DNA of 63,210 nucleotides, counting the filler. It is 14 parts of 14 records of this genome, joined end to end, with 100 filler letters (N's around TTAATTAATTAA, not from the genome) between each part and the next. Parts side by side here need not be neighbours in the genome. Positions count along the whole stretch, not along the records: positions 13,234 to 18,137 come from SRR9188676_1803; positions 18,238 to 23,924 come from SRR9188676_1807; positions 24,025 to 27,297 come from SRR9188676_1809; 11 more parts are not named here. One strand, written 5' to 3'. This document shows, in pieces, positions 13,299-27,129 of the stretch. Position numbers and translations under genes: made by a program. Position 1 is the first letter of the stretch. Each line of letters starts with the position of its first letter. The notes under the pieces were generated by a model. The model did not search any database. It saw only the letters and a program-made list of their open reading frames with translations, and was not told the DNA's origin.

Positions 13299-16200
13299 TT
13301 AACCGGAATGGGCCAATTCGGCCTTAACCTCTTCCACGGTCTTGTAGTCCTTGATTTGGCGTGACATGATCTCACGGCAATCGCCCTGAGTGACGAAGGG
13401 GAAAGAGTAAAGACCAATGAGTCGAGAGAGAAGTATATCTAGTGGAGGAGACACATCTTTCATCTTTCAAGAAGTGAGGGCAAAAGGTCAGGAGGCAATT
13501 ATGTAGCATGTGTGGTTGGAATGCAAGTATGACAAGATATTGGAGATTCGATAACTTTCAGACGACTCGAAACACTGCATTAATCGTGAGACGATGACGA
13601 GAATGATGCATACCATTAGTCGCTCGAAAGCAGCAACATCCATCGCGGCACAGGTCAAGGGACCCTTGGCAATCACATTCGCAGCACGGGGTGCGCTCTC
13701 AATTAACGCCTGAAAAAGGAAAATGGGCATCAGTATAACTAAAAGAAAAAAAATAGGCTCGTACTTACAATTACCAAAACCATAGCATACTGAGAGACTA
13801 TCCCAAGTAAATCAAAGAAGAAGCTCGTAATGATCAAAATCATTGCATAAACCGCTAAACTACCCCACCAACGGCGTCAGTCAATATTCCATTTCGTGTG
13901 AAAAATGAATAAATGCGAAACCATTAAGGTAGAGCAAAGAGTTAGGGGGGTCATAAAAGAGAAATGAAGTGGCTTAATAAGAAGCAAAATAAATAAAGCC
14001 CTGAATAAATAAAATAAGCCCTGAATAAATAAATAAATGAATAAGCTCATAGGAGAAGGGAAAATGTGGTTTTGTGGGAATGAAAGTGGGATATGTGAAT
14101 ATGTGATATCTTAGATCAAAAATACCTTTGTGGAAAGTGAAATGATCAGAACCAATAAATAAATATAGTTTACCAATATCTAGATCGAGAAGTTCAGTCG
14201 GAATGGGCAGAATATCATTCAAAAAATATTTACGAGGGGACAAGTTTCCGGTTTCGGAGGATGACATACCTTCTCACCGAAATAGTCACCCTCCTTCATG
14301 TGACCGACGATCACGTTCTCACCATCACGGTCCACAGTAGCGATAGCCTCACCCTTTTCGATGATGTAGAAGCGCATGTGTGATCTGGAAAAACAAATAA
14401 AAATAAGAGGATTGTGGGGAGAATACGTTCATGCTTCACCGAGAAGGATTAAATGAATCATATATCAGGAAAATGATCGTAATGGATTTGGTTTGTACCT
14501 GTCAGAATCACCCTGACGGATAACCACTTCGTCGGGCTTGAAATCGACAGGGTATAGGGCATCGGCAATCTGAGATCGCTCAGCAGAGTTGAGGTTCTTG
14601 AGGAGGCCGATGTTTTGCAAGAAGGACTCGTATCTGAAACAAGAATACATTCACCACGAATTAGACATCAACGACGGGCTTTCCGGGAGAATGGTGGTGT
14701 GATTGATTCAATACTGTGAACACTAATAATCCCAAAGAGTACATACCTCTCTCTTCGCTGTCTGCTAGATGTGACAATGATGTGCTGGAAGGTAGCGCGA
14801 TCCACAGCCCACAAAACACCATCCGAGCAGGCCTAATGACAAAAAAGAGGGGTAAAAATGAGAAGATCAACCGGACAGTCTCTCTTCAAATGATGCCACG
14901 GCAATAGTGATGATTTATCAAATAGAAAAATGATGAGCAGGATATTTCCCATTGTTATTATTCATCACCGGAGAGGGAACAACAAAATATATCCCCGAAG
15001 ACCATATTTCCTCCCAGTACCTTGATAGTGGCAGCACGGGGGCAGTTGTACATGAGAGCGAGCTCTCCGAAGGATTGGCCAGGAACATAGTGGAAAACAG
15101 GCTTGCCATCATTCACATTGCGTACATAGACGTCATATTCACCGCTGTCGATGACGTAGAAGTTGTCACCTGTTGTCATTGGTAACATAAAATAACTGAT
15201 TAGAAAAATTCCACAAGAAAGGGTGCGAGTGGCTGTACCGAGTAACCAAAAGAGAATAAAGAAAAGAAAATCATCCCATTTTTGGAAAACAGACGCCCTC
15301 ATCCCGTGATCTGAATTCTCCTCGTGCTATTAGAAGGCAGGCTGAGGCCATGTGTGGAAAGACAGGGTCGACTAACATTGTTAGGCCTTTCTCCCATACG
15401 ATGGATGAAAAAAGAAAGAAAGAATGTACCAGGATCGCCTTGCTTGATCACGATTTCACCAGCAGTGACCTTCCTCTCAAACATGGCACCCAAGATTTCC
15501 TCAAACTGAGCCTTATCCAAGCCTTGGAAAAGGAAGTTATTGGCAACAGCTTTCTTGATCTTTTCAAGCTGCTCTTGGGTCTTAGGGAAGTGCTTGCGCG
15601 TGTATTCAGTTTTGGACACACCACATTCAGCACTAACAGAGACACGGCGCCCACGCTTCACCATCTGTTAGTTAGATAGAAAAAGAAACAGTTTGTTTTA
15701 GTTCAGTTCAGAGCTAGTTCGTTTTGTTTTTAGCGAAAGTTCGAGGGAAGAAAGCATGGAGAAAAAATAATAATCATTGCTCGAAGTTGAGAGGAAGATA
15801 TTCAAGAAGAAAATCCCAGAGCGGTATAGAAGTTGTATGGGATTAGCTCACACAGACTTAGAAGGCAGAGCGAGATGTAGAGGCGAAAAAAAAAATGCAG
15901 TGAAGGCCGGAGATGGAGGGAAAGATGACGAAAACACCATGGGTCGGGCAAATAAATAATATATTAATTTTTTGAGCAAATTGAAAAATGATTGAGGTTG
16001 AAGCCTGATGGATCAAAAACGAAATGTTTGACGAGATCGAAATCACCAACATTGCAATCTTGAGTCAAAATCCCTGCGACCAAAGGTTCATCGAAAAAAG
16101 CGGTATTTACAGATGGAGGTATGGATATACTTTAAATGAAATTTTATACTAGCGGATGCCCATGATTCTCCGAGACAGCATTCGAGTAAACAGAAAGCGG

Positions 16201-16342
16201 GTCTGGGAACTCCCAGCATCGCAGAGGCACCAACCTGAACTTTTTTCTTCTCGTCATCTTCATGGCTAATGACGGCGTCACCAGCGTCCTGGACCTTGTC
16301 TTCTTCGATTGTTGGAGGCTTCATACAGAAGCTATTGCCCAT
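13299..16342 (-). CDS. pkaR: cAMP-dependent protein kinase regulatory subunit, complete, about 8 exons
   Basis: Inhibitor site RRVSVSAE and two cNMP-binding domains ([33 protein letters not shown]). Last exon [14 protein letters not shown]...HSG*. Exon 1 (16342-16235) starts MGNSFC. Confidence 0.93.
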
Positions 16343-16645
16343 TCAAAACCTTTCTTTTTTCTTTGTTCCTTTTTTTTGTTCCAGAACCCTAGTTCGAACA
16401 ACTCTATAAGGGGGGTAAAAAGCGGGATTTTTTGCATTACCTTGATTTTGCTCTATGTTTCAGCCTCTATGGCCTCTAGAGTGCCTAGAGTTGCCTATTA
16501 CTTTGGGTTTGCACTCTGGAGGTGGCCCAGAGGTGGTTCCCTGAGGCAGCAAGCGCCATGGAATTTCACTGATCGACACATCATCTTTATGGCTGATGTG
16601 ATCAGTCACACGAAAAAAACGCCCGCACATTGCTTTCCAAGGAAA

Positions 16646-17539
16646 ATGACAGTAGAAGCGCATGCGCCTGAAGTTATTGGTGTGGATACCTTTGCCAAAG
16701 AGTTCTCCAAGTGCCAAATCAACCCATACCTCCAAGAGTTGACAACAAAAGTCAAGTCCTGTGAGCGTGTCGACACTAAAAACGGTGATCGGTATCGTGT
16801 GGTGCTTGCCGAGACAATTCTCTTCGCAGAGGGGGGCGGTCAGCCTTCGGATCATGGTAAAATCAATGATGTGAGTGTATTGGAGCTCACTCGAGCTTCT
16901 GATGGGACTGTTATCCATCGTAAGCAGCACATCTTGGAGTTTGATTGATCATATATTGACTCCTTTTCCTCGTAGTTCTTCCGCAAGCTCTCGAAATCGG
17001 TGCTTCAGTGCACGTTACACTTGACTGGAAGGTTTTTTTCAAAATTATTTCAGTCTTCTTGACAGATTACTCATAGTTTTGCAATATCACAGCGACGCTA
17101 CGATCACATGCAACAACATAGCGCACAGCACTTGATCAGTGCCATTGCCGATGACAAATTCGGACTCAAAACACAGTCATGGTCTCTTGGTGAGACAAAA
17201 TCCTCCATTGACTTTGAACCTGCGCTCACACCTGAAAAGATGAGGTTGGTTTCCGCAGGTCCTTTGATCTTTTTCGAACCCTCAATGATTCAAATTGAGA
17301 ATCTCTACCTAACTACAATCACATCGACCATATGAAAGCCGCCGATTTTTTTTCCAATTCTTCTGGACATTGCTCCCTTAGAATATAGCACAGTGAACTT
17401 ACCCCGGTCTTATCTCTCTTCATCCACCAGGGCTCTGGAAGATGCCGTAAATGAGCAAATTCGAGTTGGAAAGCCGGTGCGGATTCATTTATTGTCTCCT
17501 GATTCCGTTCCAAGCACTGTCCGAAGCCGAAATCTCAAG
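16646..17539 (+). CDS. AARSD1: Alanyl-tRNA editing protein AlaX/AARSD1, spliced, 3' partial
   Basis: TILFAEGGGQPSDHG motif and RRYDHMQQHSAQHLISA Zn-binding HxxxH motif, with short GT-AG introns. Confidence 0.9.
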
Positions 17540-18237
17540 GTTCGGATATATTTCAGTAGCCCTTCCTTCTCGAAGACAATATCAGGTGGAGGTTAGGTGG
17601 TACTATAAATGAGATGGAGATTGTGTGGAATCTTGGCCAGAAAATCGAGTACTTGAGTGTATAATAACCCAGAATGAACCAATATAGAACAAACTCCTAA
17701 TCATGGACACGCAACATAGTATGGTGACAATGTTTTCGTCACCTCTGTAATCAGGAAGGTGTCGCTTCTTGACTACCAATACTCTATAAGCAGTTGTAAT
17801 AAGTTAGGGTGATCTTGTATGCTTACAAGGACCAGTACATGCTGAGCATCAAAGAAAATGGATGATGAAGAGAATAGTCAGTGGAAAGAAAAAACATAGC
17901 CGCTCGCCGCTCAGCTTGTCAAATGCGATGTCTCTCCCTCTTTCTTTCTCACTTTCCCTGTTCTTCTATTCTTTCTTCCTCTTGATTCGTTCGTTCTAGT
18001 TTCGACCCGGTTTCCTTTTTTGCGTGCGCTGTATGCAATCATCATCATCATCATCATCATTCTCATCGATTGTTTTCCACAATGAGCAAGAAGAATGCAG
18101 GTGTAGGTCAGGCTACAACAAAATGAAATGCTCGATANNNNNNNNNNNNNNNNNNNNNNNNNNNNNNNNNNNNNNNNNNNNTTAATTAATTAANNNNNNN
18201 NNNNNNNNNNNNNNNNNNNNNNNNNNNNNNNNNNNNN

Positions 18238-19536
18238 ACCGGCAACAGAGTTGGTGGCCAGGAGGAGGGAGAAGTTAGCCAACTGCTGGACGTTGCCGAA
18301 GCAAGAGGCAGCGGGGGCAGCCTGTATGTACAACATGAAGGATACAAAGAAATGATATGGTGAGACATGGTGGCTAACTCTGCGCGACTGACAATTCAGA
18401 AACTAATGAAACACCATTTGGAACAATGAAAAAGAAGCAGCAATAAAGACATACCGCGCGGGCCTGGGACTGGGTGCAAGCGGACTCGCAAGCGCGGGTC
18501 TTGGCAGAGCAAGGGCAGGGGCGGCAGGCAGGGATGGGGCAAGTGGTCTCCATGCAAGCCTGGTTGGCCTCAGCACGGTGGGGGGAGGTCCACATGGCGA
18601 TGAAGGCCTTGAGGAGAGGGAGGACAGCGAGGATCTGGGCACCAGCACCTATTGAAAGAACCGAGAGAAGGGGGAATCAGATGTGGGACATCGCAGCAAA
18701 ATTCGAGATATATTTAGGCTGGAAAAGACGAAAACTTACCGATCCAGGTAAGGATGTAGCCAGAGCTGCGCTCGAAGTGCTCGACCTCACCATCATACTC
18801 GGACTTAGTCTGCTGGTGGAAGTGACCAAGAGCGGCAATGTAGAAAGCAATGCTGCAGAGGCTCTGGAAGATGATGGCCTGTAAAGTGAATCCCAAAATG
18901 TCATGAGTTTCATCTTGCGCACGTTGAAAAGGGTCGAAAACAAGTGAGCCGAGCATTGGTAGGAAGAATTGGAGAATGGAAACTTACACCGACGGTGAAG
19001 GTGCAGGCGAAAGTGCTGTAGATGAAGGCATAGGCACCATAGACAACAGAGAAGTAGGCAAGGGTGATACCAGCAAGGGTCAGACCGAGGGCAACACGGC
19101 CAGCATCCTCGAGAACGCCGGTGGGGCGGTTCACGGTGCAAGACTGGTAGTTGGAGTACTCAATGCCCATCACATCATCCATGGGAGTGCAGACCTTCAG
19201 CTGGTAGAGACCAGCATAGAAGCGCAACTTCTGGACAGAGGTGGTGCCATCGGAGTTCATAATCGACGCATCATCTTCCATGTAAACCCAGGGAATGTTG
19301 TAGCTGCAAGGAACCCAAAGGGAAATATGATGAGATATGGATGATATACTGAAGTTGCTTGGAGGAGCGGCGCATCGAACAAGAAAAACTGGAGCAAGTA
19401 AACAAGATGACCCATCGCAGGCTAATGTAGATCAATACCTGCAGATACCAACAGTGACGAAGACAGCGCCCAAGAGGATGAGGGCAACAGCCAACTTCTT
19501 TTCAATCAAACCAATCACGTGCATAGGAGAAGTCAT
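18238..19536 (-). CDS. Four-TM membrane protein of claudin/PMP22/amastin-like topology with a Cys-rich C-terminal tail; spliced
   Basis: The spliced product has TM1 (LAVALILLGAVFVTVGIC), a large loop with W...GLYQLKVC...C, three further hydrophobic segments, and a CPIPACRPCPC tail. Confidence 0.55.
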
Positions 19537-21156
19537 CTTTGTAGTCTCTTCAAGCTGCTCTTTTCGACGCAAGAAAATTTGAAGCGTTGGGAGGTTGTTT
19601 TGCTAGATTATAGATTATAGATTTAGGGGGGGTCGTCCAGATGAGAAGAGAAAATCTGGTAGGGAGAAAAGCGCATATACCCCTATCCAAATCTGGTGCA
19701 GCTGAATCTCCAACGTCTCGAAAAGTCCACAACGGGAAAAAATTCCTTGACAGCGACAGCGACCTTGTCATATCCGTCAACAAGAGGAGCGAGAAAAAAT
19801 TCTGCTCGGACTCTCTAGCATGGAGAGGGAGAGAGATGCATCAACAAGCATCCTGATTTGGGTTTGCTTTCCCCTTCTTATTGGTCTTCTTCTCTGTTAT
19901 CCCGCTTTCTTTGAGCGACTTCGCGCATTTGCTGTTCGAGTCTGCTCGGTGGTTGGCTCCTCTTCTTGCCTGCCACTCGATCACAGCTGTCCCTCTCATT
20001 AAGTAAGCGTCTAGTCAAAATGTACCCAAATTATGATTGAAGAGAAGCAAGGGCTTGTTCCGAATCTGTGGTATTGGGTAGACTTGATTTTTACAGTAAG
20101 TAAGAACGTTCAAGGCTTTTAATGCACTCACTATCAGCCGAACCGCTGAATCTATTAAGTTTCGGCACCGAATGTGATGTCGTCAATATTTGGATTGAAC
20201 CTTGGGCACATCATCAGACCGCATCAAATAATTCTGCTCCATTCTAGCAGCTCTTCTTGTTTGTCCTAAAATGAATGTATATTGACTAGTATCCTTCTTG
20301 CATGAATCATCCTCCTACCAATCAAACGATTTCGAGTCTCGAATGTCTTTCAGCCGAAACTTGATTCTCTTGGATCACCATCTCGAAAAGCATAGAACAG
20401 GGAGATCGGGGAGAACGACTTTTCTTCAGCCATCTACCAAATTCTCTTCAGGAATCTTCATCAGCAAACTCATATTTGTCTGACTCGTTCTCGGCTCCGT
20501 GCCGACTCGAAGCCACACCCCCCAACTTGTCGGTTCCTTGTCAAGCACAGTCAAGCACACAGCTTTTTGCCAGGAGGGTGAACCAATTACGGTATTGTAC
20601 ACTCGTATTACTCCTTCGTGACCCTGATCAATATGATGTATGATCAAAATTAAATGATCAAGAGTTCGGGTGAGTTGAAGCAGTTGAAGAGAACTGATGA
20701 CGGAGAGCGTGAAGGCGTGAATAATGATTTATTACTTATTGCGGGTTGGATTCATCAGATTCATGCAGCGTATCAAGGGAGCGAATGTAGAAAATCATGA
20801 AATCATTCTCTCTAAGAAATTAAAAGCATCATCAACATAATCTACCATGGTGATAGATGGTCTTCGTTGAATCAATTTAGATGTGTATCAGGTTATCAGT
20901 ATGCTAGCTCATGGCCCATGACCCATGACCCATACGAACATACCACTTGATACTCGAATTGTGCAGCATCCTGTTTCTCTGCTTCACAAACACATATACG
21001 CGGACAGCCATACCAACACATGCATATGCAAATTCCTCACTGTCAGAATGGAATAGACGTGGATGACCAGCGACGGCGAAATCATAATGATAAGAAAGAA
21101 GTGTGATAATTTTTTGAAGGGCCGAGCGTCATGCGAAATTAAGGCGCTTTAAGTTG

Positions 21157-22090
21157 TTAGCTTGTCCAGCTATTTTCGACGATTTCCTCGACACGTCGGA
21201 GGTACTCTCTTCGGTTTTCCTGGAGAGTAAGAGTGGAAGAGGAGAAGGACGATGAAAAATAAGAATATATTAGCATAATCGAGTAAGGAAAATGTCCGGA
21301 AGGGAAATGTAAACGTGGAGTGAGTGATGAAGTTCATCAAGGAGCTTAAAGTGCAGGAGGATGACTGAGCGGCATGTACACTCGCATGGATGCTCAGTGC
21401 ACGTGTAGGCGCGGTCAATCCCCTTTCCGAACTCAATAACTCACCTGATATAATCGAGCAGCTTCAGAATTCGCAGGTGAGTTGGGATTTGGATCGCAAA
21501 GCAGTGACTGGAAAGATGCATCGGGCAATATGGTTAGAATTATGGACATTCTTGAGATCGAGGAAAATAGAGACCTGAATGGATGTCAAGATTGCAGATA
21601 TGTCGTAAATTGGACTCCACTGATTCTGAAGAATGTCCAAGCAAATTTGACCATCCGCATAAACTAGAAGAGGAGAGGGAGAAAGTTAGATCAAAAGACA
21701 ATCGATACAGGAATCGCAGGAGCATTGATAATATTCCAATCAAAGTGATTCAAGTGAAATTTTTGAACATACTATTTGGATGAAACATTTTTGTCACAAA
21801 TCGAACTTTAGGAGGTTTGTTTGGATAATCTTCACTAAATTGGAGAGTTAACTTGAAGGTGCCACCCTCCCAGGGAGTGTCTTCAGGTCTAAGGAGCAGC
21901 AAAGGCGGGTCAGTTGAAAGAATATGAATTGCATATACGCAGATGGATAAGAGGTAATCTACCCAAAGATCACTGCATTCCAATCCATGATGGAGTTTTC
22001 AGACGCAGGAGCCCCACTAACTCCGTGGGGAGGATCAGATTGCAATCGCTTGAAATCTCTCATCAAGCGGCGTCGCGCAGGAGTAGTCAT
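21157..22090 (-). CDS. RAD6: Ubiquitin-conjugating enzyme E2 RAD6/UBC2, complete, 5 exons
   Basis: [21 protein letters not shown]...[25 protein letters not shown]...|[17 protein letters not shown]...|[20 protein letters not shown]. Confidence 0.97.
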
Positions 22091-22492
22091 GGTGATGATG
22101 TATTAAATAGGTCGAAGCAAAGAGAGAAGGAGAGAATGCTTTTCAAGGTGTGATTTGATTTGATTGAAGTGGTTTGTGATGTGGCAGTCAGAGGAAAGAA
22201 AAGTGATCTCTGATCTCACTCTGGATCTCTGGATCTCTTGCCGATCTCAGTCTTCTTTCCAGTTCTTTCCCGTCGAGACCGCAACACAGGTTGTAAGAGA
22301 CAGGATCTATAGTAAGAAAGCAGCATGGTCGGTCTCAAAGCGCTGTCATTCTGCTGATAAGTGGTTTCTGTTGCCAGTTGCCTGGTCGGTTACACGTGTT
22401 TGGTCATTTTAGTGCCCTTCCCCGACCGCGTCTTGTGACGAAAGCTGTTTTTCAAGCTGGGTTGTTCTGCGTCTACTACTTCTAAAAGACCA

Positions 22493-23755
22493 ATGTCTCA
22501 ACCACATTTACATACCGAAATCGATGAAGACCTTCAGAGCCGACAGTTGGCTGTTTACGGCCGAGAGTCGATGGGAAAGCTCTCGACTGCATCCATCCTC
22601 ATCTCTGGCTTGAATGGTTTGGGTGCTGAGATTGCCAAGAACGTAATTCTCGCAAATGTGAAGGCAGTGACACTGCATGACACAAAGGTCACCAAAATTG
22701 AGGACCTCTCCTCTCAATTCTACCTTTCTTCCTCCGATGTGGGCAAGAATCGTGCCATGAGCTGTCTGAGGTCTTGAATTCTTGTCTCTGGTATTATACT
22801 CTTCATATTCTGACCTGTATTTCCTATTCAGCAAGCTCCGCGAGCTGAACCCCTCTGTGCGAGTCGACGCTGTGGTTTCGGAATTAACACCTGATCTTCT
22901 CACCAAGCACACTGTTGTGGTTCTGATCGACCAGCCTCTTGCGAAGGCCATTGAAATCAATGAATTTTGTCGCGCACATGGTATTCACTTTATTCGATCT
23001 GATGTCCGTGGACTATTTGGCACTGCATTCTCCGATTTCGGATCCAATTTCACTGTTCATGACACCACCGGTGAACAGCCCAAGGTAAAAGATACTTTTT
23101 CTCTGATGTGTTTTTTTTATATGAGAGTTTTATATTTCTAATCTATCTATGGCGCACAGACTGCTATTGTTGCCTCCATCAGCAAGGAAGGTGTTGTAAG
23201 CTGCATCGATGATGACCGCATTGACTTTGAGGATGGAGACTGGGTTTCCTTCAGCGAGGTTCTCGGTATGTACTCATATACATTTATGGCTGTACATTTC
23301 CTCGTGTCCTCCAATTTTCGACTCTGAAAGTCTTCATCCACGATAGCAGTTCATACATACAACGTGACCATTATTTTCTTTATTTCACTCTCCCGATTAC
23401 CCAATCATCTATTATCTCTGATATTTTCCTCATTAGTCGTTATCTACAATACGCTTGCTTCTTACTAATCGTTAGCTTTTGAATAACATCTTCATCTGTC
23501 CCCAGGCATGGACGGCTTGAACGGTCACCCTCGTCAGGTGAAGGTTTTGGGACCCTATTCCTTCTCCATTGGCGATGTTTCTCAGCTCCCGCACTATGTC
23601 CGAGGCGGTATTGCTACTCAGGTCAAGCAGCCTAAAGTTCTCCACTTCAAATCTCTGCGTGAATCATTGCACAATCCTGGCGAGTTTTTGCTCTCTGACT
23701 TCTCCAAGTTCGGACGCTCTGAGCTGTTGCATGCTGCATTCTATGCTCTTGACAA
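22493..23755 (+). CDS. UBA1: Ubiquitin-activating enzyme E1, 5' part
   Basis: [15 protein letters not shown]...[16 protein letters not shown]...DTTGEQP...[11 protein letters not shown]...LLSDFSKF across four exons. Confidence 0.95.
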
Positions 23756-24089
23756 GTAAGCGCACAGAGAAGATCGAAATGCATTATTCACTCCCTTATG
23801 TCTCATTGAGGCTCAAGAATAGAATCCTCGGATCAGAAAATCAACAATTGAGAACAGATATCCTCCCGAATTTTTTGAGATCTTTTCTACTCATTCAAGC
23901 TGCGTCAGTTTCAAAGTCAAAAAANNNNNNNNNNNNNNNNNNNNNNNNNNNNNNNNNNNNNNNNNNNNTTAATTAATTAANNNNNNNNNNNNNNNNNNNN
24001 NNNNNNNNNNNNNNNNNNNNNNNNCTCTCTCTCTCTCTCTCTCCCTTTCTCACACATGCACACACACACCACACACACCAACCATACAG

Positions 24090-27000
24090 GGTAAGCCCAC
24101 AGAGATGGTGCTCTATGATGGGGCTGTACCGCGCCTCACTTACGAGTCTTTTGTCAAGCGCCACGATCTGGCTGCGTTACGCCTGAGCAAGGTATGTCTT
24201 CCATCTCGTCTCACGCCTTGAGTGATGTCGCGGTCAAAGTCGACTCGAGCAATACAGCAAGATATCAATTTGGGTCTCATTATCGCTTCGTACAGGACAA
24301 TGCACCACCACACAGAACTTGTGCTATCAATTCCTCCATATTCCCCGGACCTTAACCCTAGATACAAAGTGTGGAAGTATAAGCCAGTCAGGGTTGGGGT
24401 CAGAACCAGGGTCGGGGCTCTGAAGTCATGGAGCGCCAGGGTGGACGCTTTGATTAGCTGCATATCACCTACTCGAATACAACTCTAGTACCGGAAATAA
24501 AAAAACTACTCTTGTATCATCTGCTTGCAACACATCCTGACGGGACGATAGAAATCATTGGAAAATGTTCGATTCACATTCTTCGAATAAAAAACATCCC
24601 CTGCGCTGAGAAAGAGTCAGAAGTAAGTTGAAACGTTTCCTGGAATTTAAACCTTTCCGTTCCCACAGACAGACTTCCGCTATTGTTCTCACCACACAGG
24701 ATCCTGACATCGAGGTTGAGCGACTCGTATATATGTTCAATCTCTTACTCATTCACGGCTCAATTTCGCACCGCTTCTCTTTGACTCTGTCGTTTGATAT
24801 TATGTTTTTGTTGCTTTTTTTTGTTGATATTTCTACGTAGCTCGAGAACAGCGTGGTCTCCATCACACGCCGCACCCTCTTCCATCGCCCCATGGTATGC
24901 ACATCGATATATTGTATTCATTGTTCTAGGTAAAACTAGAAGTGCGACGGTCCACAGCACCATACTCGCACCTTTCTGTAATTGAATACGAAAGTTCCTT
25001 TTTTTCGTTTCTCTGATTCATGCCTCATTGTTGATATCTTGAGACGCCCTTTCCAATTTATGATTACAGCGTTGCATTCAATACCAAACGTGAAACCAAG
25101 CTATTTCGACTTACTTTCACCTGTGAAAAGAACACCGGGAAAATCCGGAATTTTCTGTCTTTCAACTTTCAAAACGGGATATTTTCAATCAGCGACGCCT
25201 AGTTCAGACTCATTCAAATTGCGATGAGCATCTAAGACAAGAGTTATCTGAGCTAAGCCGGCTTTGATTCGGCCGAGATCACAATTTGGAGGACCGAAAT
25301 TTCCGTTTCTTGTCTTGCTGATTGACATTCATTCGGACTCGATCTCGTGTGTTACGTGGACATAACATTCGCAGATCCATCTAGACGTTTACCTTTCTGT
25401 CTGCTGAGCTTGCAATACCAGCGCCTTCACCTTTGATGCAATGATCTGGCGGTGGTGCCGATCCTTTCCTGTTTGATCGTTTGACCATTCGTATTAGCCT
25501 CTAATATTTGCACCCGACCATTCATTCTCCCATACAGAAGCAGCAACAAGTGAACCTGACGCACATCCCGTGGGAGATGCTGCAGTACCGTGTGACCCTA
25601 CCTACGGCACTACCTGAGTACCAGGGACGGGCCCCGGCCACAATGCTGTTCTACCACGCCCAGACGGGTCAGAACCTGGTCCTGGCCACGTACACGGACA
25701 ACCGCAGGCTGTATGAGATGGTGGGCGATGAGCTTGTGTTGGATGTGTACCAGCTCAAGGAGCTGAACTTCGAGAAGGGCGATGTGATCGTGGACGTCGG
25801 CGCAAACTTGGGCGTCTTCGCTGTAAGTCTGTCACATAGATTCACATATCCTGAAGAATCAGTCGTTTTGACTCATGTCTCATTTTGACAGCCGAATCTC
25901 GATCTTTACTCTGCTTGCAATGCAACGTTTACTCCCCCCGATTTCGAAATGGGCTGAAAACTTAGGGTGTGGTGAGAGAAAAATAAAGAAATAAAGAGAA
26001 TGCAACCATTATCGATCGATCCAGACAAGATGGCGTGGTATCTTTTGAATGTGAAGTGAGCTGGTGAAAATCACCGATCCGAGGGTGACTTCGAGACTGT
26101 ACCACCCCTTCTTACTACATGTTATGCCCAAAACCCAACCATTACATACTGAAAAAGAAGAGGAATAAATAAAATGAAAAACACATACCCTCAGCCCTGC
26201 GCCCTTCGGGTATGCTTCCCTATCCTTAGATGACACCTTAACAGCAGCGCACCCCTACAAATTACTATTTTCACTTTCGATCTCAAACCTATCATCCTTT
26301 TCTACTAGCCGAGCCAAGTGTTCTTGCGTTCAACCTCATTCGACCCTTACCCCACAATTCCACCCCACCCTGAGTCCTTTCAACGAATCCCTTGGACTTC
26401 TTATCCCGCCACCCATTGCTCTCCATATTCACCCGACGTCCCCAACCCCCTCCCATAGATACATGTTCAAGCCTAAGAACTCGCACTGTGCTCCCTAACC
26501 TCCTTTTTAATACCTCACCCTATCCTTCCTACCACCCCCCTCCCCCCTCCCCGCCTCGATTCTTTCACTCTCAGATCTACCTGGCCAAGTACAACCCCAA
26601 CGTGACCATTCTTGCACTCGAGCCAATCCCTGACGTCTACGAAGCCCTGAAGCTCAACATCGAGCTGAACGGTGTGCAGGGGCGTGTGATTCCTATCCAT
26701 GCAGGAGTCACCGCAGATGGCCGCAACATCACATTCGCCTACGACCGGCACTACCCTGTGTTCAGCACCAGTGCGGACCTGCTCGCCAAGCACCCGGACC
26801 ACTGGAAGACCTACATCCCTTACGCGACACCCACGTACATTTCTGTCAGGAGCTACCGGCTCGACCAGCTCCTGAGTGAATACGGACACACCCATGCCAG
26901 AATGCTGAAAATTGACTGTGAGGGGTGCGAGTTCGAGGTGCTCCCGGCGCTGGACATCCACATGTTTGACATCATTCGGGGCGAGTTGCATTCCCTGTAT

Positions 27001-27129
27001 GCGCAAGATGAGGCAAATTTGCGTGAAGTCAGGGCCATTTTGAGGTGGGCAGCAAAGCCCGGGAAATGGCCAGAAACCCCCCGCTATAAGGTCGCAGAAA
27101 TCTCTCAGCTTGGTTTGGACTGGGTCTAA
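24090..27129 (+). CDS. FkbM-family SAM-dependent methyltransferase, spliced, 5' partial
   Basis: VIVDVGANLGVFA | IYLAK...LALEP...LKIDCEGCE motifs in exons about 25539-25822 and 26575-27129. Probable upstream exons lie at about 24090-24191 and 24841-24894. Confidence 0.85.
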
